Assembly: GCF_000002075.1 (NCBI RefSeq)
Contig: NW_004797788.1
Coordinates: forward strand, 494,894-557,331
Length of the DNA: 62,438 nt
Reading direction: 5' to 3'
Origin: Aplysia californica
Lineage: Eukaryota
Shown in pieces: positions 38,097-49,738 of the stretch (positions within the stretch are counted from its first letter, which is position 1; each line of letters begins with the position of its first letter). The notes beneath the pieces were generated by a model. That model did no database searches, was not told where the DNA came from, and saw only the letters and a list, made by a program, of their open reading frames with translations. The translations under genes and the position numbers were made by a program.

Positions 38097-40653
38097 CTGC
38101 ATTGGACAAGGGAAAATATACATTATATGGTTCAATACAAACTCCCTTGCAGAGAACAAAGAACTTAAAGATTCATAGATATTAATATGATTGATATGCA
38201 GAAAGACAGATGGGACATTTAAAATGAATAGACAGAAAGATTCTTAACAGATGGAAACTGCATAGCTTTATCATGAACAAACAGAAATTACAGCATCTGA
38301 ATATTTGCCAAAACAAGGCCAAAACTGTTTGCAACAAAATATACAAACTCATTATGTCATGCCCTGTGTAACTGGTTTCTTGAAAATTTATAGACCGGGG
38401 CCCCCCAAAAAAGAAAAAAAAAGTAAACCCCAACAAAAAAACTCCCAATCTATTTCAATAAGAGAAGATGCAAAAAGTTAGCTCACAATCACAATACTTT
38501 TGTACTATTTCTAGCACTTGCTTACTTCTGATTCTTAATCTTATAGAGAAAATAACCTTAGCTATGGTTTTGGAAAAAAACAACAAGCTGACTTATTTCT
38601 TCCAGTAACATGTGTAGAGTACTATAACACCATCAAAATGGTTTTTTCCTCTGAAAAAAATGGACTACTAACAGTCTATAGTTTTGGCACACAGCAGTTT
38701 TATGTATAACAATTCTCCAATTCATGACCTATGTATGTATGTCCCACATCATCGGTGCTCTGATGGAATCTAATTAACTGATTACGGCAAAACTTTTTTT
38801 TGCACCAAGATCGTGAATTTTATATGAATTTCCCATTTGGCTTGGTCCTATCTGAGATGGAGGTTAAACTCGGAGGTCCTGCCTCTTACATAACCTAATA
38901 ATTTTGACTGGGGCGTTAAACATACACCATTTGACATTTTAAAGAGAACCCATAGATAGTGAGGTTAGTTGAGAAACTGAAAGTCACTTGTTGCCCTGTT
39001 CTAACCTCGCTGACACCTTTGCGAGGTTCAACGGAGCAACGCTTGAGAAGACAATCTTGCTAACCAAAGGAGTTTTTCTTCACCAAGTCAGATTACGTAA
39101 TAATGCGCTCAGTGAAAACACATGCCTCACTGCAGGATCTTGTCCAGGACCCATCACAATACATTGACAAGATTTGATTGCTTAAGTGCGAACATTAACA
39201 ATGTTAGACAGTTCTTTTTTGTTTCTGCTGAAACATTAAAAAATTCTAGTTAGCAAAGTTCCAATGGGGCGCCGATGATATATCACATACCGAGTATTAG
39301 TGTAATTTTTACCGTAGAACAAACAAAAAGTTACAATCCCCCCCGCCAATACCCCTATTGTAGTAGAGTCGTAGTCTAGAGTAGAATGGAAATAACAAAA
39401 TTGCAAAGACACAAAAATCTTTTCGATAATGACAAATTTTGCTATGTACTTGTTCTAATACAAAGAATATATATGAGTCATGACACTGTGGAATCAGGCG
39501 CTAGTCAATTTTTAGCATTATGGAGTTATTGGTAGCATACTAAAGTTTTTTCATTAGTCATGCTTTCGTTGAAAAAAAATACCCGTCCGTCTGGAACAGC
39601 AGTCGAGAATTTTGTCATTGAAGGAGGTGGGGGTCCCCTGGTGTCAGATGACAAATTAGCGAGAAAATGGCCACTAAAGTTTGGTGACTTCTATCTCTTG
39701 AGAGTCCTTGGAAACTGAAAATTTACAATTTTTTTTAGCCTTTAATAAACGTTTTTTGGTAAAATCAGCACAGAAATGTGTTTAGTTTCTAAATGGACAT
39801 AAAAGGTGTTGAGCCAAATTACAAAAACTCAATAAAAATTGCCAAACAAGCAGAAAAATGCCGTTAAAAAAAAAATTACATTATTCTGCACCTGATTTCA
39901 CCACAATGCCTCACACATACTTCATATAGTGTAATAAAAAGACAACCTGTTGTCTAAATGAGAGTTTCCCTACGAGTTTGTTTCGCTATGTGGATGCTAG
40001 ACTGTAGTTTATGCACCCCGCATAATTTAGACAAATCTGATCATTTTTTGCATAATTTCTGATCATTTTCCTTTATCCTTCTTTGTTGAAATAAACAGAA
40101 TCGCATAATTTCACATTTTTGGGCTCAGTTTGAATAATTTCAGAATTTTTCATGCATAAAACGACGGGGACAGCTCTACTCTACCCACTGTGCTCACGCT
40201 TCAGTACATGGCAACGTCAAACTAGCAGATCTAAATGTAGTATACAAAACTTTTCTCTATTTATTTTGTACACAAACCCAGTCAATTTTATCCTTTTAAA
40301 TTATTTAAAACGTTATGTTAATATGTTATGTTTATGTGGCATTATGAAGCCCCATGGGGATATAACTAAATAACTAAAACAGTTTTTTAAAAGCTGATTG
40401 TNNNNNNNNNNNNNNNNNNNNNNNNNNNNNNNNNNNNNNNNNNNNNNNNNNNNNNNNNNNNNNNNNNNNNNNNNNNNNNNNNNNNNNNNNNNNNNNNNNN
40501 NNNNNNNNNNNNNNNNNNNNNNNNNNNNNNNNNNNNNNNNNNAGTGCATATGGGTGTATGTATATACCATGCCGCAGCAAAATTTTATCTTCGTGAAGAT
40601 TAATACAAGGCAACTTTATTTTATTGTATACATAAAATCTTTGGCTCTCATAC

Positions 40654-40730
40654 CACTGTCTGCTACACGTGGCTGTCTGCGCGTCCTCGCCTGGGTCTTG
40701 CCGAAGCCAGTGTCTGGTGTGCTGGCTAGA
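40654..40730 (-). CDS. CCDC61: CCDC61 penultimate coding exon
   Basis: tttgcatcag| LASTPDTGFGKTQARTRRQPRVADS |gtatga; phase 2 to 1. Confidence 0.82.
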
Positions 40731-41471
40731 CTGATGCAAAGGTTAAGGTAATTATCTATTTAAAAAAAACCCAATGTGAATGAGAAGCAGCATAAAAACC
40801 GAAGGAAGCTAAGATACAGATAGAATTTTTCATATGTACATATGCTTTGTAGGGAAACTTTTAGTTACTCGATAGCTCTTTCAATACCAGAATTGAATTT
40901 CTTAATATATTTTTTTCGGTCCCGGTCAACCTCTTTTTCAAAGTCATTTTGAACAAGTTTTTGACAGAATTTTTACCCACTTCTTCCAACATAAAAGTCT
41001 CGGGAGACCACTCATCCAGGTGTAAAAGAAAATGTGACTAGGACATTAAAAAGCATAAAAAGTAAACTGGATGGAAATAAAAAGTTTTGTTTTTTCCAGG
41101 TTGCATGTCACTTTAACGCTGTAACATCTAAGTGCAACAAAAGTACATCCAATAAGACCATCTAGAATAAACATCTAAAAATTGAAAAGTCCTTGACATT
41201 GCGAGACAAGATGAGAAGATGCGGTGCTGAGAATATTTTGAAATGAAGTTCCCCTATACTGAAGCTTTGATTAAGCCTTTGAAAGTTCCAAAATCTTTAT
41301 GCCCTCATGGGCATTGCTTTATCTCAGGAGAAAGGTAGAAATATTTGCTAAAATACCTTCCATTGTGGAATTGAAATCATTCTTTTTCCAGCAAGTTGAG
41401 GTACTGAACCATTGACACCACAGACAGAGGTGAGCAACCAAATACATCTATCAATGACAGTAAAAGGATAC

Positions 41472-41518
41472 TGGTTGATTGTTTTTCCATTAACAAGACG
41501 TCTTGGCTTGATTCTTGG
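41472..41518 (-). CDS. CCDC61: CCDC61 exon
   Basis: tttttccatcag| PRIKPRRLVNGKTIN(H) |gtatcc; phase 0 to 2, which bridges the neighbouring exons. Confidence 0.65.
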
Positions 41519-42464
41519 CTGATGGAAAAAGGAAAACATGATATAAATATTTCAAAGTCCGCGTCAAAAAGATTAGCAGTCATAAGTATTCTAAAGACGA
41601 CATAAGTCAATAAAATGTAAGATGAACAGACTCATCTAACAGAAACCCTTGATAGGTTGTGAACAAAAAAAAACAAAGTAAGAGTGATGGATTACAGTTT
41701 TGTATTGCTTTGTATAAGAGGCTTGTCCGACTTCACACCATGCAAGTTCCTTGTTCACTTTGTTAATTCTGATTTCTACAAGAGTCTCCAGAGGGAAATA
41801 CAAGATGACAGCTGTTAGGGGCTCAAATACTATCATCAAAATACTTTTATTTTTGCGCATGGCAAAGAACCCATTCGTAAAGGAAAATAAAATAGAGGGC
41901 CTTTACCCCTTCCCTTACAGTATGACTGTCAACAATCTTATGACTGTGATTACAACTACACTCATAATCAGTTGCAGTACACTTGGAGACTCTACATGCA
42001 ATTCCCATCACAAATAGACCTGTAAGCTTTTATCTAGAATTAGTGCAAGTATACATAAACAGCATTGATACAAGCATGTACATACACTAACCCGCAAAGA
42101 GTTACACACACCAGCACTAGAAAATTGTACAGGAATGCAGATTTACATCCTAGAGTATCAAATCAAATTAAGCCAAATGCATCAGCTTTATTAGAAAATC
42201 AGAAAGAAACAAGAAAAGTAAATTTTCATTCTGAAAAATCATTAAGTGAAACTTGGATACAACATAGTTGTTGGGAACATCTTTCAACTGACTTTTCAAC
42301 GCAAAGAAAATATATGTTACTTTCAACAAGATAAAGTTATTTGAGGAATGCAACAGGAGACCAAAACAATTTTACAAAACAGAAAAAACCCTAATTATTT
42401 TTGTGCAAGTAAATCCTTTCCACAAAAGCCACATTCATTCGCAAACATGTTTGCTCTCACTCAC

Positions 42465-42531
42465 CCCAGCAGGACTATCCCCTAGATCAGATCCTCCTAG
42501 TCTCTGCTCACCACCTCTGCCGGAGGGGGGC
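42465..42531 (-). CDS. CCDC61: CCDC61 exon / alternative exon B (phase 2 to 0)
   Basis: ccatgccag| RPPSGRGGEQRLGGSDLGDSPAG |gtgagt; a second donor (gtgagc) lies after 42512. Confidence 0.65.
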
Positions 42532-42840
42532 CTGGCATGGAATAGTTGCAAAAAGAGCACATCAAGATAACTAATCTTTTCAAAATCACAGTTTGGTTGA
42601 GGATTTTTTGTTTTAGTTCTAGTAAAAGTTTTACGGCACTTGCAACACGATATAAGGTCTTAAAAGTGTCGGAAACAAGAGAGTAACAAACACAAAAAAG
42701 AAGAAGGGGAGAAAAGGACGATAGATGTTTGACAGAGAAAAAGAAGCAAATCACACCAGAGCACCTGCCAACCACCCACATTGTAGACTTTTTGATCTAA
42801 ACGAGTATCTTGTAAAAAGAAAGTGAAGCTGGTCACTCAC

Positions 42841-42916
42841 TTTCCTCAGCAATTCTTTTGTTTGTTTGTTCTTGTAAAGAGAAACTCCATGACATAAAGT
42901 ATGATAAAGGCCATTT
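42841..42916 (-). CDS. CCDC61: CCDC61 candidate alternative exon A (phase 2 to 0)
   Basis: Long pyrimidine tract ending ttttccatgcag|, donor |gtgagt; RNGLYHTLCHGVSLYKNKQTKELLRK is open in the required frame. Confidence 0.45.
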
Positions 42917-44011
42917 CTGCATGGAAAAAGGACGACAGAGAGACAGAAACAACTGAGAGAAAGAAAAAAAAAATAAAGAACTACAAGTGGCACCTTCCAA
43001 ACACCTGTTCTCAGCACTTCAAAATGTGTTTGATCACAAACTTTTGAGAAAAACACATAACTCTGGGAAATTGTATTTTTTTTCAAAATTATTCTCAAGT
43101 TGGGATCTTTTTATTCAGTTTTGTTTCTACCTTTTGCTACCAGAAATAGATCATTAATAACATGACAAAACTCTTACATGAGCAAAATGAAAGTAATAAG
43201 AAAAATGATTTAGAGTAACCCTGACAGAATGGATCTTACTACTCTAACGGCATAAAAAAGGGAGCCATTGCCTTCAATAAAATTAAAACGTGTAGATATG
43301 TCAAAACATTTTCAAGACATAAAAAAAGAAAACCTCTTGAACTGTATAATGAAAAAACAAGAATCTGGGACGCTTTTAACAATCTACTCACAATTATGAT
43401 AAAAGACTTTGGCCATAATCGTAGCATGTTGACAAACAGCTTTACACAATTAGAATAAGATTCGGAAACCCACAAGTTTATTAAAGTAAAAAGAAGCACC
43501 TTGATACAAAAAACAATCATTCAGCAGAGAGAAACAGACAGACAGACAGACAAGACGAAAACAACAAAGGGAAAGAAAAGAAGAAGAACCTAACAGTGTT
43601 ATCCTCCAAACATCCTCTGGAACTGACAACTTTGTTAATGTTGAACAGCAGTTTATGACGAGACAGTACAACAAACAACTGTCACACACACAGTCATAAT
43701 ATGAAACTTTAAATACAGTACAGAAGTAGAAAGAGTGCACCTCACAAGAACACCCTCAAACAACCCTTACGATTGAGAGCTAAAAAAAGCCCAGATATAA
43801 GACAAAAGAAACAAATTGGGCCGTGAACACACAGTCCCAATGAAACGTAAACGTGACACAAAAAAAGGAGAAACAGTAGACTTCCTCAGTTCCAAATACT
43901 AAGGAAAATATAGCAGCCCCTACAAAATTATACCTGTACTTTTTTACTCAGCACTCCAGGCCACAAGAGTCAGGAATTTTTGTTATTTCTTTGAGATGTT
44001 GTTTCACTTAC

Positions 44012-44075
44012 CGTAATCTGCCCGTGTAAGAACCATCTGATGCGTAACCATCACTCATATTCCCTTGACTTCCAA
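44012..44075 (-). CDS. CCDC61: CCDC61 exon
   Basis: ttttttctag| VGSQGNMSDGYASDGSYTGRL(R) |gtaagt; phase 1 to 2. Confidence 0.82.
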
Positions 44076-44553
44076 CTAGAAAAAAATCGTAACGTAATAT
44101 TAAATAGTAAGATACAAAGAGAATAAAAATTTTTAAAGTTTAGAATCCATTCACTATTTCAGATTTATGATATAAAGGAACTACACAAAACACTGGAAAA
44201 CTACAGAAGAAAAAATGGCAGGGTCACATTTTAAAATATTTTCTATGTTACAAGATACTACATTTTATCGTAACATTTCATATTGAGAAATACGACAGGG
44301 TCCATACAAAAGTGAAGGTAGTAAATTAAATATATCCTTTGAAAGATATATGAATTTTACAAACTTTACAACTAACATTTTTCAAAATCACCAAAGCGTG
44401 ACTGCTGTAGGTGTCCTTTGTAGTTTTCAAATAAGTCTACTTCAGCAGACAATACATAAATATAATACAAACAGTGAAAATGCTTCTTAAAAATTCCAAA
44501 GAGATATAGGCAGCACAAAATGTGTAAAGGCTTTCACAGCTTGTATTATAGTA

Positions 44554-45382
44554 CATTGGAGTCCACTTATAACGAGTCCTGAAATAATGAGAAGTCTGTT
44601 ACAACAAAGACATTATTCTAAAACCCCGTTTTTTTCCCTTCTTTATCTTTGTAAATAAAATACTGCTATAGCGCAATCAGATAAACGCGCAAGTCGGTTA
44701 TAGCAGAATATTGCTGCTGCTGTGCACAGCGCATAGGCCATTTATACATGAAAACCTCGCCAGTTGAGAAACTTGTTGGTGATCAAGCGAAACAAAGAAT
44801 GGGAGAGCCTATGTGTGCCAAAGACGAAGGCCGGAGTGAATGAGTGGGGAGGGTGTGGCATGCGCAGACAAGCCGTTGTGAAGCAAAACACATTGCCTGA
44901 TAGTGATAAGCCAGCCTAGTCTAGATTATCTAGGCTTATCATGCCTCTCACTTCTCCAATGCAAGGATGGAGAGGTAACAGTGCTGTGAATGCTGTGATG
45001 GATCATGGAGCGAATGTGTGACGTGCGCAAGCAGCGACGCACCACAGGGTGTGGTGGGGTGGGGGAAAATACAGCGGGCGAGTTAGCCCAGGAGAACTTT
45101 TAAAACTTTCGTTCTGATAGCCAACGCCGAGCTATCAAAATCGCTAACGCTAGAGAAAGAAACCTGATTCAGTTTTTGATCAAGTAAGACCTAGAGGTCA
45201 TGTTGAACAAAGTCATCGTCAGAGGAGATAACAAAAAGAAATAAACAGAACACCTAACTCATAGATTAGGCCTACTTTATTATTTCCTTTGAATTTATTA
45301 CTGGATCCCTTACAACGAGAATCTCGGTATAACGGACATTTTGTACCGGTCCCCTCCCTCTCGTTATAACAGGATTCCACTG
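44554..45382. mobile_element. Tigger-like non-autonomous element
   Basis: ta|cattggagtccacttataacgag ... ctcgttataacaggattccactg; repeated gttata(a/g)c subterminal motifs. Confidence 0.7.
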
Positions 45383-45388
45383 AATTAC

Positions 45389-45412
45389 CAGAATTCCATC
45401 CTTCACCAGTGT
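45389..45412 (-). CDS. CCDC61: CCDC61 candidate 24-nt microexon
   Basis: tttttcctgcctgcag|ACACTGGTGAAGGATGGAATTCTG|gtaatt; (D)TGEGWNS; phase 1 to 1. Confidence 0.6.
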
Positions 45413-46098
45413 CTGCAGGCAGGAAAAATACCCAACCCATTCATCATAGAAAAAGACTTAATTTGACTTTACAATGGGTATGCAAGAACACACTTAAAAA
45501 GTGAAGAGTGTGAATAAAGAAACAACTAGCCTACTCATGAGAGGGTCAGTTTTTTAGTGTCTACTTGACTGTTACCCGTAAGTCCACACTGTATGCCTAG
45601 AAAAATTTCCCAGAGGCAACACACTTCATACCCCTCTTTGTTCTAGATTCTATCATGTGCAATTCCCGCCCATAAAAGTGTAAAAATGGACATGATTGCA
45701 TCAGCATGTAGACAATGAAGAGAAGAAAATGACTCATGAAGAGGAGGGTAGAGCTCTTCATTCAAAACTGTGTAGAAGCAAGGAGATATGAATGAAATAA
45801 AACACTGCTTTTTAAGGGTGTAGCAGGTATGCCCTCAGCAGCGAATTATAAGGACATACTATGTTCTCCCACACGCAGGGTAGAGGAAATTGTCATCATA
45901 GCAATGCTCCATCCCTCAATACAGATGATGATGCCTGCGATGTAAAGGATTCAATTTTAAGTTCTGCGAAGAAGCTGTTACTTAGACTGGAATACACCCG
46001 AGAATATAGGTAGCAGTAGTAAGAACTATTAATGTTGTGTTCGGCATCTTGTGTCTCTTCAGAGGCTGTTTATAGGAAACACATGAATCAGACATTAC

Positions 46099-46104
46099 CT
46101 CCAA
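46099..46104 (-). CDS. CCDC61: CCDC61 candidate 6-nt microexon
   Basis: ttttctcacttacattagctcgccctgatcttcttacag|TTGGAG|gtaatg; frame-preserving. Confidence 0.45.
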
Positions 46105-46501
46105 CTGTAAGAAGATCAGGGCGAGCTAATGTAAGTGAGAAAAGAGTGAAGGAGTTTCAGTCATTCAATCATTTAAGCTTTTACACTTTTCAGTTCAAGT
46201 CTGCTAACCTTGGTTTGAAACAAAAAAAAACCCTGAAGGTATTCATTTATCTCATTTTCAGAGAAGATTTGTATCTAGAGGAAAAGAATAAAATGATGTT
46301 TTATATACAAAGGTTGGGTGAAATTGTGAACGCAGGCTAAAAAGATATGGCCATTGTACGCATACAGGTGAAATAATACTCAGGGAAAAACCTGAGGCTA
46401 GACCATGCAGCAACCAGAAAAGCAATTTGGAAAAATTAATGATATATATCAAAATGAGGTCAGGGATAAAGAATAAGAGGAAAGAGAATGAACAAACTTA
46501 C

Positions 46502-46534
46502 TTGAATTCTCTCTAGATGATCTTTGACTGTATG
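46502..46534 (-). CDS. CCDC61: CCDC61 33-nt symmetric microexon
   Basis: Strong tract tttctctttgtttcttttcag| and donor |gtaagt; AYSQRSSRENS; phase 1 to 1. Confidence 0.75.
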
Positions 46535-47156
46535 CTGAAAAGAAACAAAGAGAAAAACATTACAGTCCATGATTCCATAATGGATTTTAATTGAAAGAGT
46601 TTTTCAAAAAATGCCTCAGCGTACTACCTTAACCCATCTGCATGCTTCAATAGTTGCTCATGAAAACCAACTGGCTGGACACTATCAGTAATGCTATTTT
46701 TTAGAGGAAAACCAAAAAACAATGAAGAAGAGCATGAACTGAGGTCTCTAATTGAAAATGCCGAAATTGGTACACCCGACCTTAATTTGAAAAAAAAAAA
46801 AAAGCGCACCTACCACTACCTCATGATGGCCACTGACAAGAAGAAAACGATCATCTTTTAAATAATTTTAAAAGAAGAAACAGGAGAGTTTCTTTTTACA
46901 ATTCATTAAGCAAAAAATTTTTCAAAATCTAGGCACCCAGCAAGGTTGTCAGCTAATGAAGATCTAATTCAAATGAAGAGAAAGATTAACAGGTTATTAC
47001 ACAGGGATAGACAGAACTGTAAAGTTTTTTTTGTTTTTGTAAAGTGTTTTACGGCGCTCGCAACTGCATAGGTCATATGAGCGCGCGGGACACACCTAAT
47101 AAACTGTAAAGTTTGAGTTTAAAAAACAGTTTTAATTCAAGATCACATCACAGTAC

Positions 47157-47233
47157 CTGAATGTCTACTGCTGTTAACAGATTGCTTGGATCGAGACGAA
47201 AGTCCTGACAAGTTTGATTTCTGTTCTCTGCGT
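47157..47233 (-). CDS. CCDC61: CCDC61 coding exon 9
   Basis: ttttctcag| RREQKSNLSGLSSRSKQSVNSSRHS |gtactg; phase 2 to 1. Confidence 0.85.
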
Positions 47234-47300
47234 CTGAGAAAAACGTAATATAACAAAGGATTGTAAGCAACATTCAACAAAATGTTCAAAGTGCTGAAAA

Positions 47301-47490
47301 TACTCCCCTAATTAAGGTGATGAAAGTACTCCCCTAATTAAGGTGATGAAAGTACTCCCCTAATTAAGGTGATGAAAGTACTCCCCTAATTAAGGTGATG
47401 AAAGTACTCCCCTAATTAAGGTGATGAAAGTACTCCCCTAATTAAGGTGATGAAAGTACTCCCCTAATTAAGGTGATGAAAGTACTCCCC
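47301..47490. repeat. Perfect 26-bp minisatellite, 7.3 copies
   Basis: Unit tactcccctaattaaggtgatgaaag, head-to-tail, no spacers. Confidence 0.95.
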
Positions 47491-48000
47491 AAATTCTAAT
47501 TTGATTTTAAAAGGTTGCATCTCTTCATTTAAATCAAACTTTGCATGGCATAGCCATTTAGAAACAGGCATGAAAGATGATGAACAGCTATATATAATAT
47601 GCAACAGCAATTACAGCTGATATATGAACAAGCGTACACACATATGGGGTGACTCGAGTCACCCTTTCAGCTAGTTGATAAATCTGTTTTCGTATTTTTA
47701 CAACTTTCAACATTTTTTCACCCCAACAGGATGTATATCTTATAGAACAATGCTATCTTTCCATGGTTGGCTCTTAGGAAAAGTGCTGTATTGCATATAT
47801 CTTATAAGCCACACAGTCCTTGGTCTTCCCTTTTCCATTAAAAAAAGTGATGTACCGATTCCGTGAAATGTGAACAGCAATATGGCAAGAGAATACAGTT
47901 TACAATAATATATATCATATGACAGCCCCCATTTTTATGTGATCAAATCGTAGATTGCTTAAACTCATAAACGGACTACACAATAACTTACAAGACTTAC

Positions 48001-48073
48001 TTTTTAAGATTAATTTCTTTCTGTTTTCTCTCTTTCTCCTTGATGTATGCTGTGGGATTGAATTTCCTAGACA
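48001..48073 (-). CDS. CCDC61: CCDC61 coding exon 8
   Basis: VSRKFNPTAYIKEKERKQKEINLK matches the conserved RFDPTAFVKAKERKQRE motif; phase 1 to 2. Confidence 0.93.
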
Positions 48074-48364
48074 CTGCAAAAGACATCAAAAGTGTGAAAG
48101 AAAGTTTATGTCGTTTTATATAATTGCAGTGAGGCTCTGCCACAAGAAAAAAGGAATCAAAAACAGCTCCAAAGGAACATAAAATAAACATAAGTAAACC
48201 CAAAAGTGCATTAAAATATACCCTAAATGCTGCACATCAAAGCCACCTCCAAGATGAAAGTCTCAAAGGACACATGTCACGAGACAATGGCAGGAAGGAA
48301 AAAAAAATTTCATCAACTACAAAATATCAACAACAACATCAAAAGATCAAAGTACACTTATTAC

Positions 48365-48690
48365 CTGCTGGGGATGGTGTCCGACTCCTCCCTGACCCTG
48401 TAGAGAGACGACTCCGATTTACTGACAGGTTACGATCAAAAGAATTTGAACGAGCCCGAATTCCACTGCCATTATTCAGTGAAGAGTGGGAAATATTTTC
48501 TGTTGAATTCGACCTCCGAACAAAAGGCGGTCTCTCGCGGGACATTTGTCGTGTTTTGGTCAGGCGATCACTGGAACCTGATCTGCCAGTAGGCAGCCGG
48601 TCATTAGAGAGGGAACGTTGTCTAGAAGCGCTGAGCCTGTCTCCAGAACCAACACGGTCTCTGGAATTCGTTCTTGCCTGTGGTCTGCCC
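48365..48690 (-). CDS. CCDC61: CCDC61 coding exon 7 (Ser/Arg-rich)
   Basis: GRPQARTNSRDR...GRSRTPSPA; phase 2 to 1. Confidence 0.9.
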
Positions 48691-49187
48691 CTGACAAAGA
48701 AAAAAAAATGTAACTTGAAAGTCCAGGGAAAAATTATCAAATTATACTGAAACAGTATTTCTGGATAAAGTGTGCAAGACATTTAGACTTTCCCATTGAT
48801 GAGCATAGATTGTCCCAACAATTACAATTATGCCAGGACCTTTCCATAAAATGAGCACATGCCACATAAACAACCAATCAAGACTACAATTACAGTACTT
48901 AATATCATCCACAGTCACAACTACATATTGATTGCCTCTACAATTTTCATGATCTTGAGTGTGTAGTAAACCACGTTATACTCAAGATAAGAGCTGACTT
49001 GTTAATGACATACAGCAAGTCAGCCCAAGTCTGGTCACAATTAGAATTAAAAAAAACAAAACAAAACAACAGTAAGACTGGAAAAAAAGTAGAATGAGAC
49101 TATACTAATGTATCCATCATGCAAAGCATACACTCTAATTTGACCAAACCTGAAAACTCACTCACTGTTCCTAGTCCATTATTTTAC

Positions 49188-49267
49188 CTTTTGTACATTG
49201 CTAATTCATTGGTCAAGCTCTTCACTCGCACCCGCAGATTTCTTTCAGCAGCTCGCAGCTCCTCCAC
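49188..49267 (-). CDS. CCDC61: CCDC61 coding exon 6
   Basis: VEELRAAERNLRVRVKSLTNELAMYK(R), conserved end of the coiled coil; phase 0 to 2. Confidence 0.92.
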
Positions 49268-49738
49268 CTGGTGAAAAAGTAATGAATTTTTATTACCTGT
49301 ATTACCTGTCCTGGGCAACAACATCATTGCACACCGGACAGGTCCATAAGTGCTCAGTTCCCCCTAGCACCAAAGCCCGCAAGGTATCCATACTGATTGT
49401 TCCGGTGGCTGTCTGATTATGGCGACATCTTTCCTTTCCAGATAATCGTTCCTTTCTTCCTTCTCCCCTCTCTATCCCCATTTCCCGCATCCTAATGATT
49501 GCGTGGTGTTCTGCTGTCTCCTTGTCTTCTTCATCCCGCAACTTTTTCTTCAGGGTCTTCAACACTTCTCTTTTGTCAAATTTCACCTCACCATCAACCA
49601 CGGCAATGAATTTTTATTAACATTGAACTGTTTTCAAAAGTCTATGAGCGAGATGGAGATAGAAAAAACCTGTCTTACACTTTTATCGAGAACATGAAAC
49701 TTAGGACGGAAAGGTGTTCATTGCTGTCAAACACTATA

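Noticed and set aside
47301-47490. CRISPR-like array
   Set aside because: Units are contiguous with no spacers, the context is a eukaryotic intron, and there are no cas genes.
48274-48750. 158-aa plus-strand ORF
   Set aside because: Antisense shadow of the Ser/Arg-rich CCDC61 exon 7.
49302-49601. 99-aa minus-strand ORF inside CCDC61
   Set aside because: Exons 5 and 6 join in frame without it; EHLWTCPVC resembles a degraded LINE C-terminal zinc knuckle.
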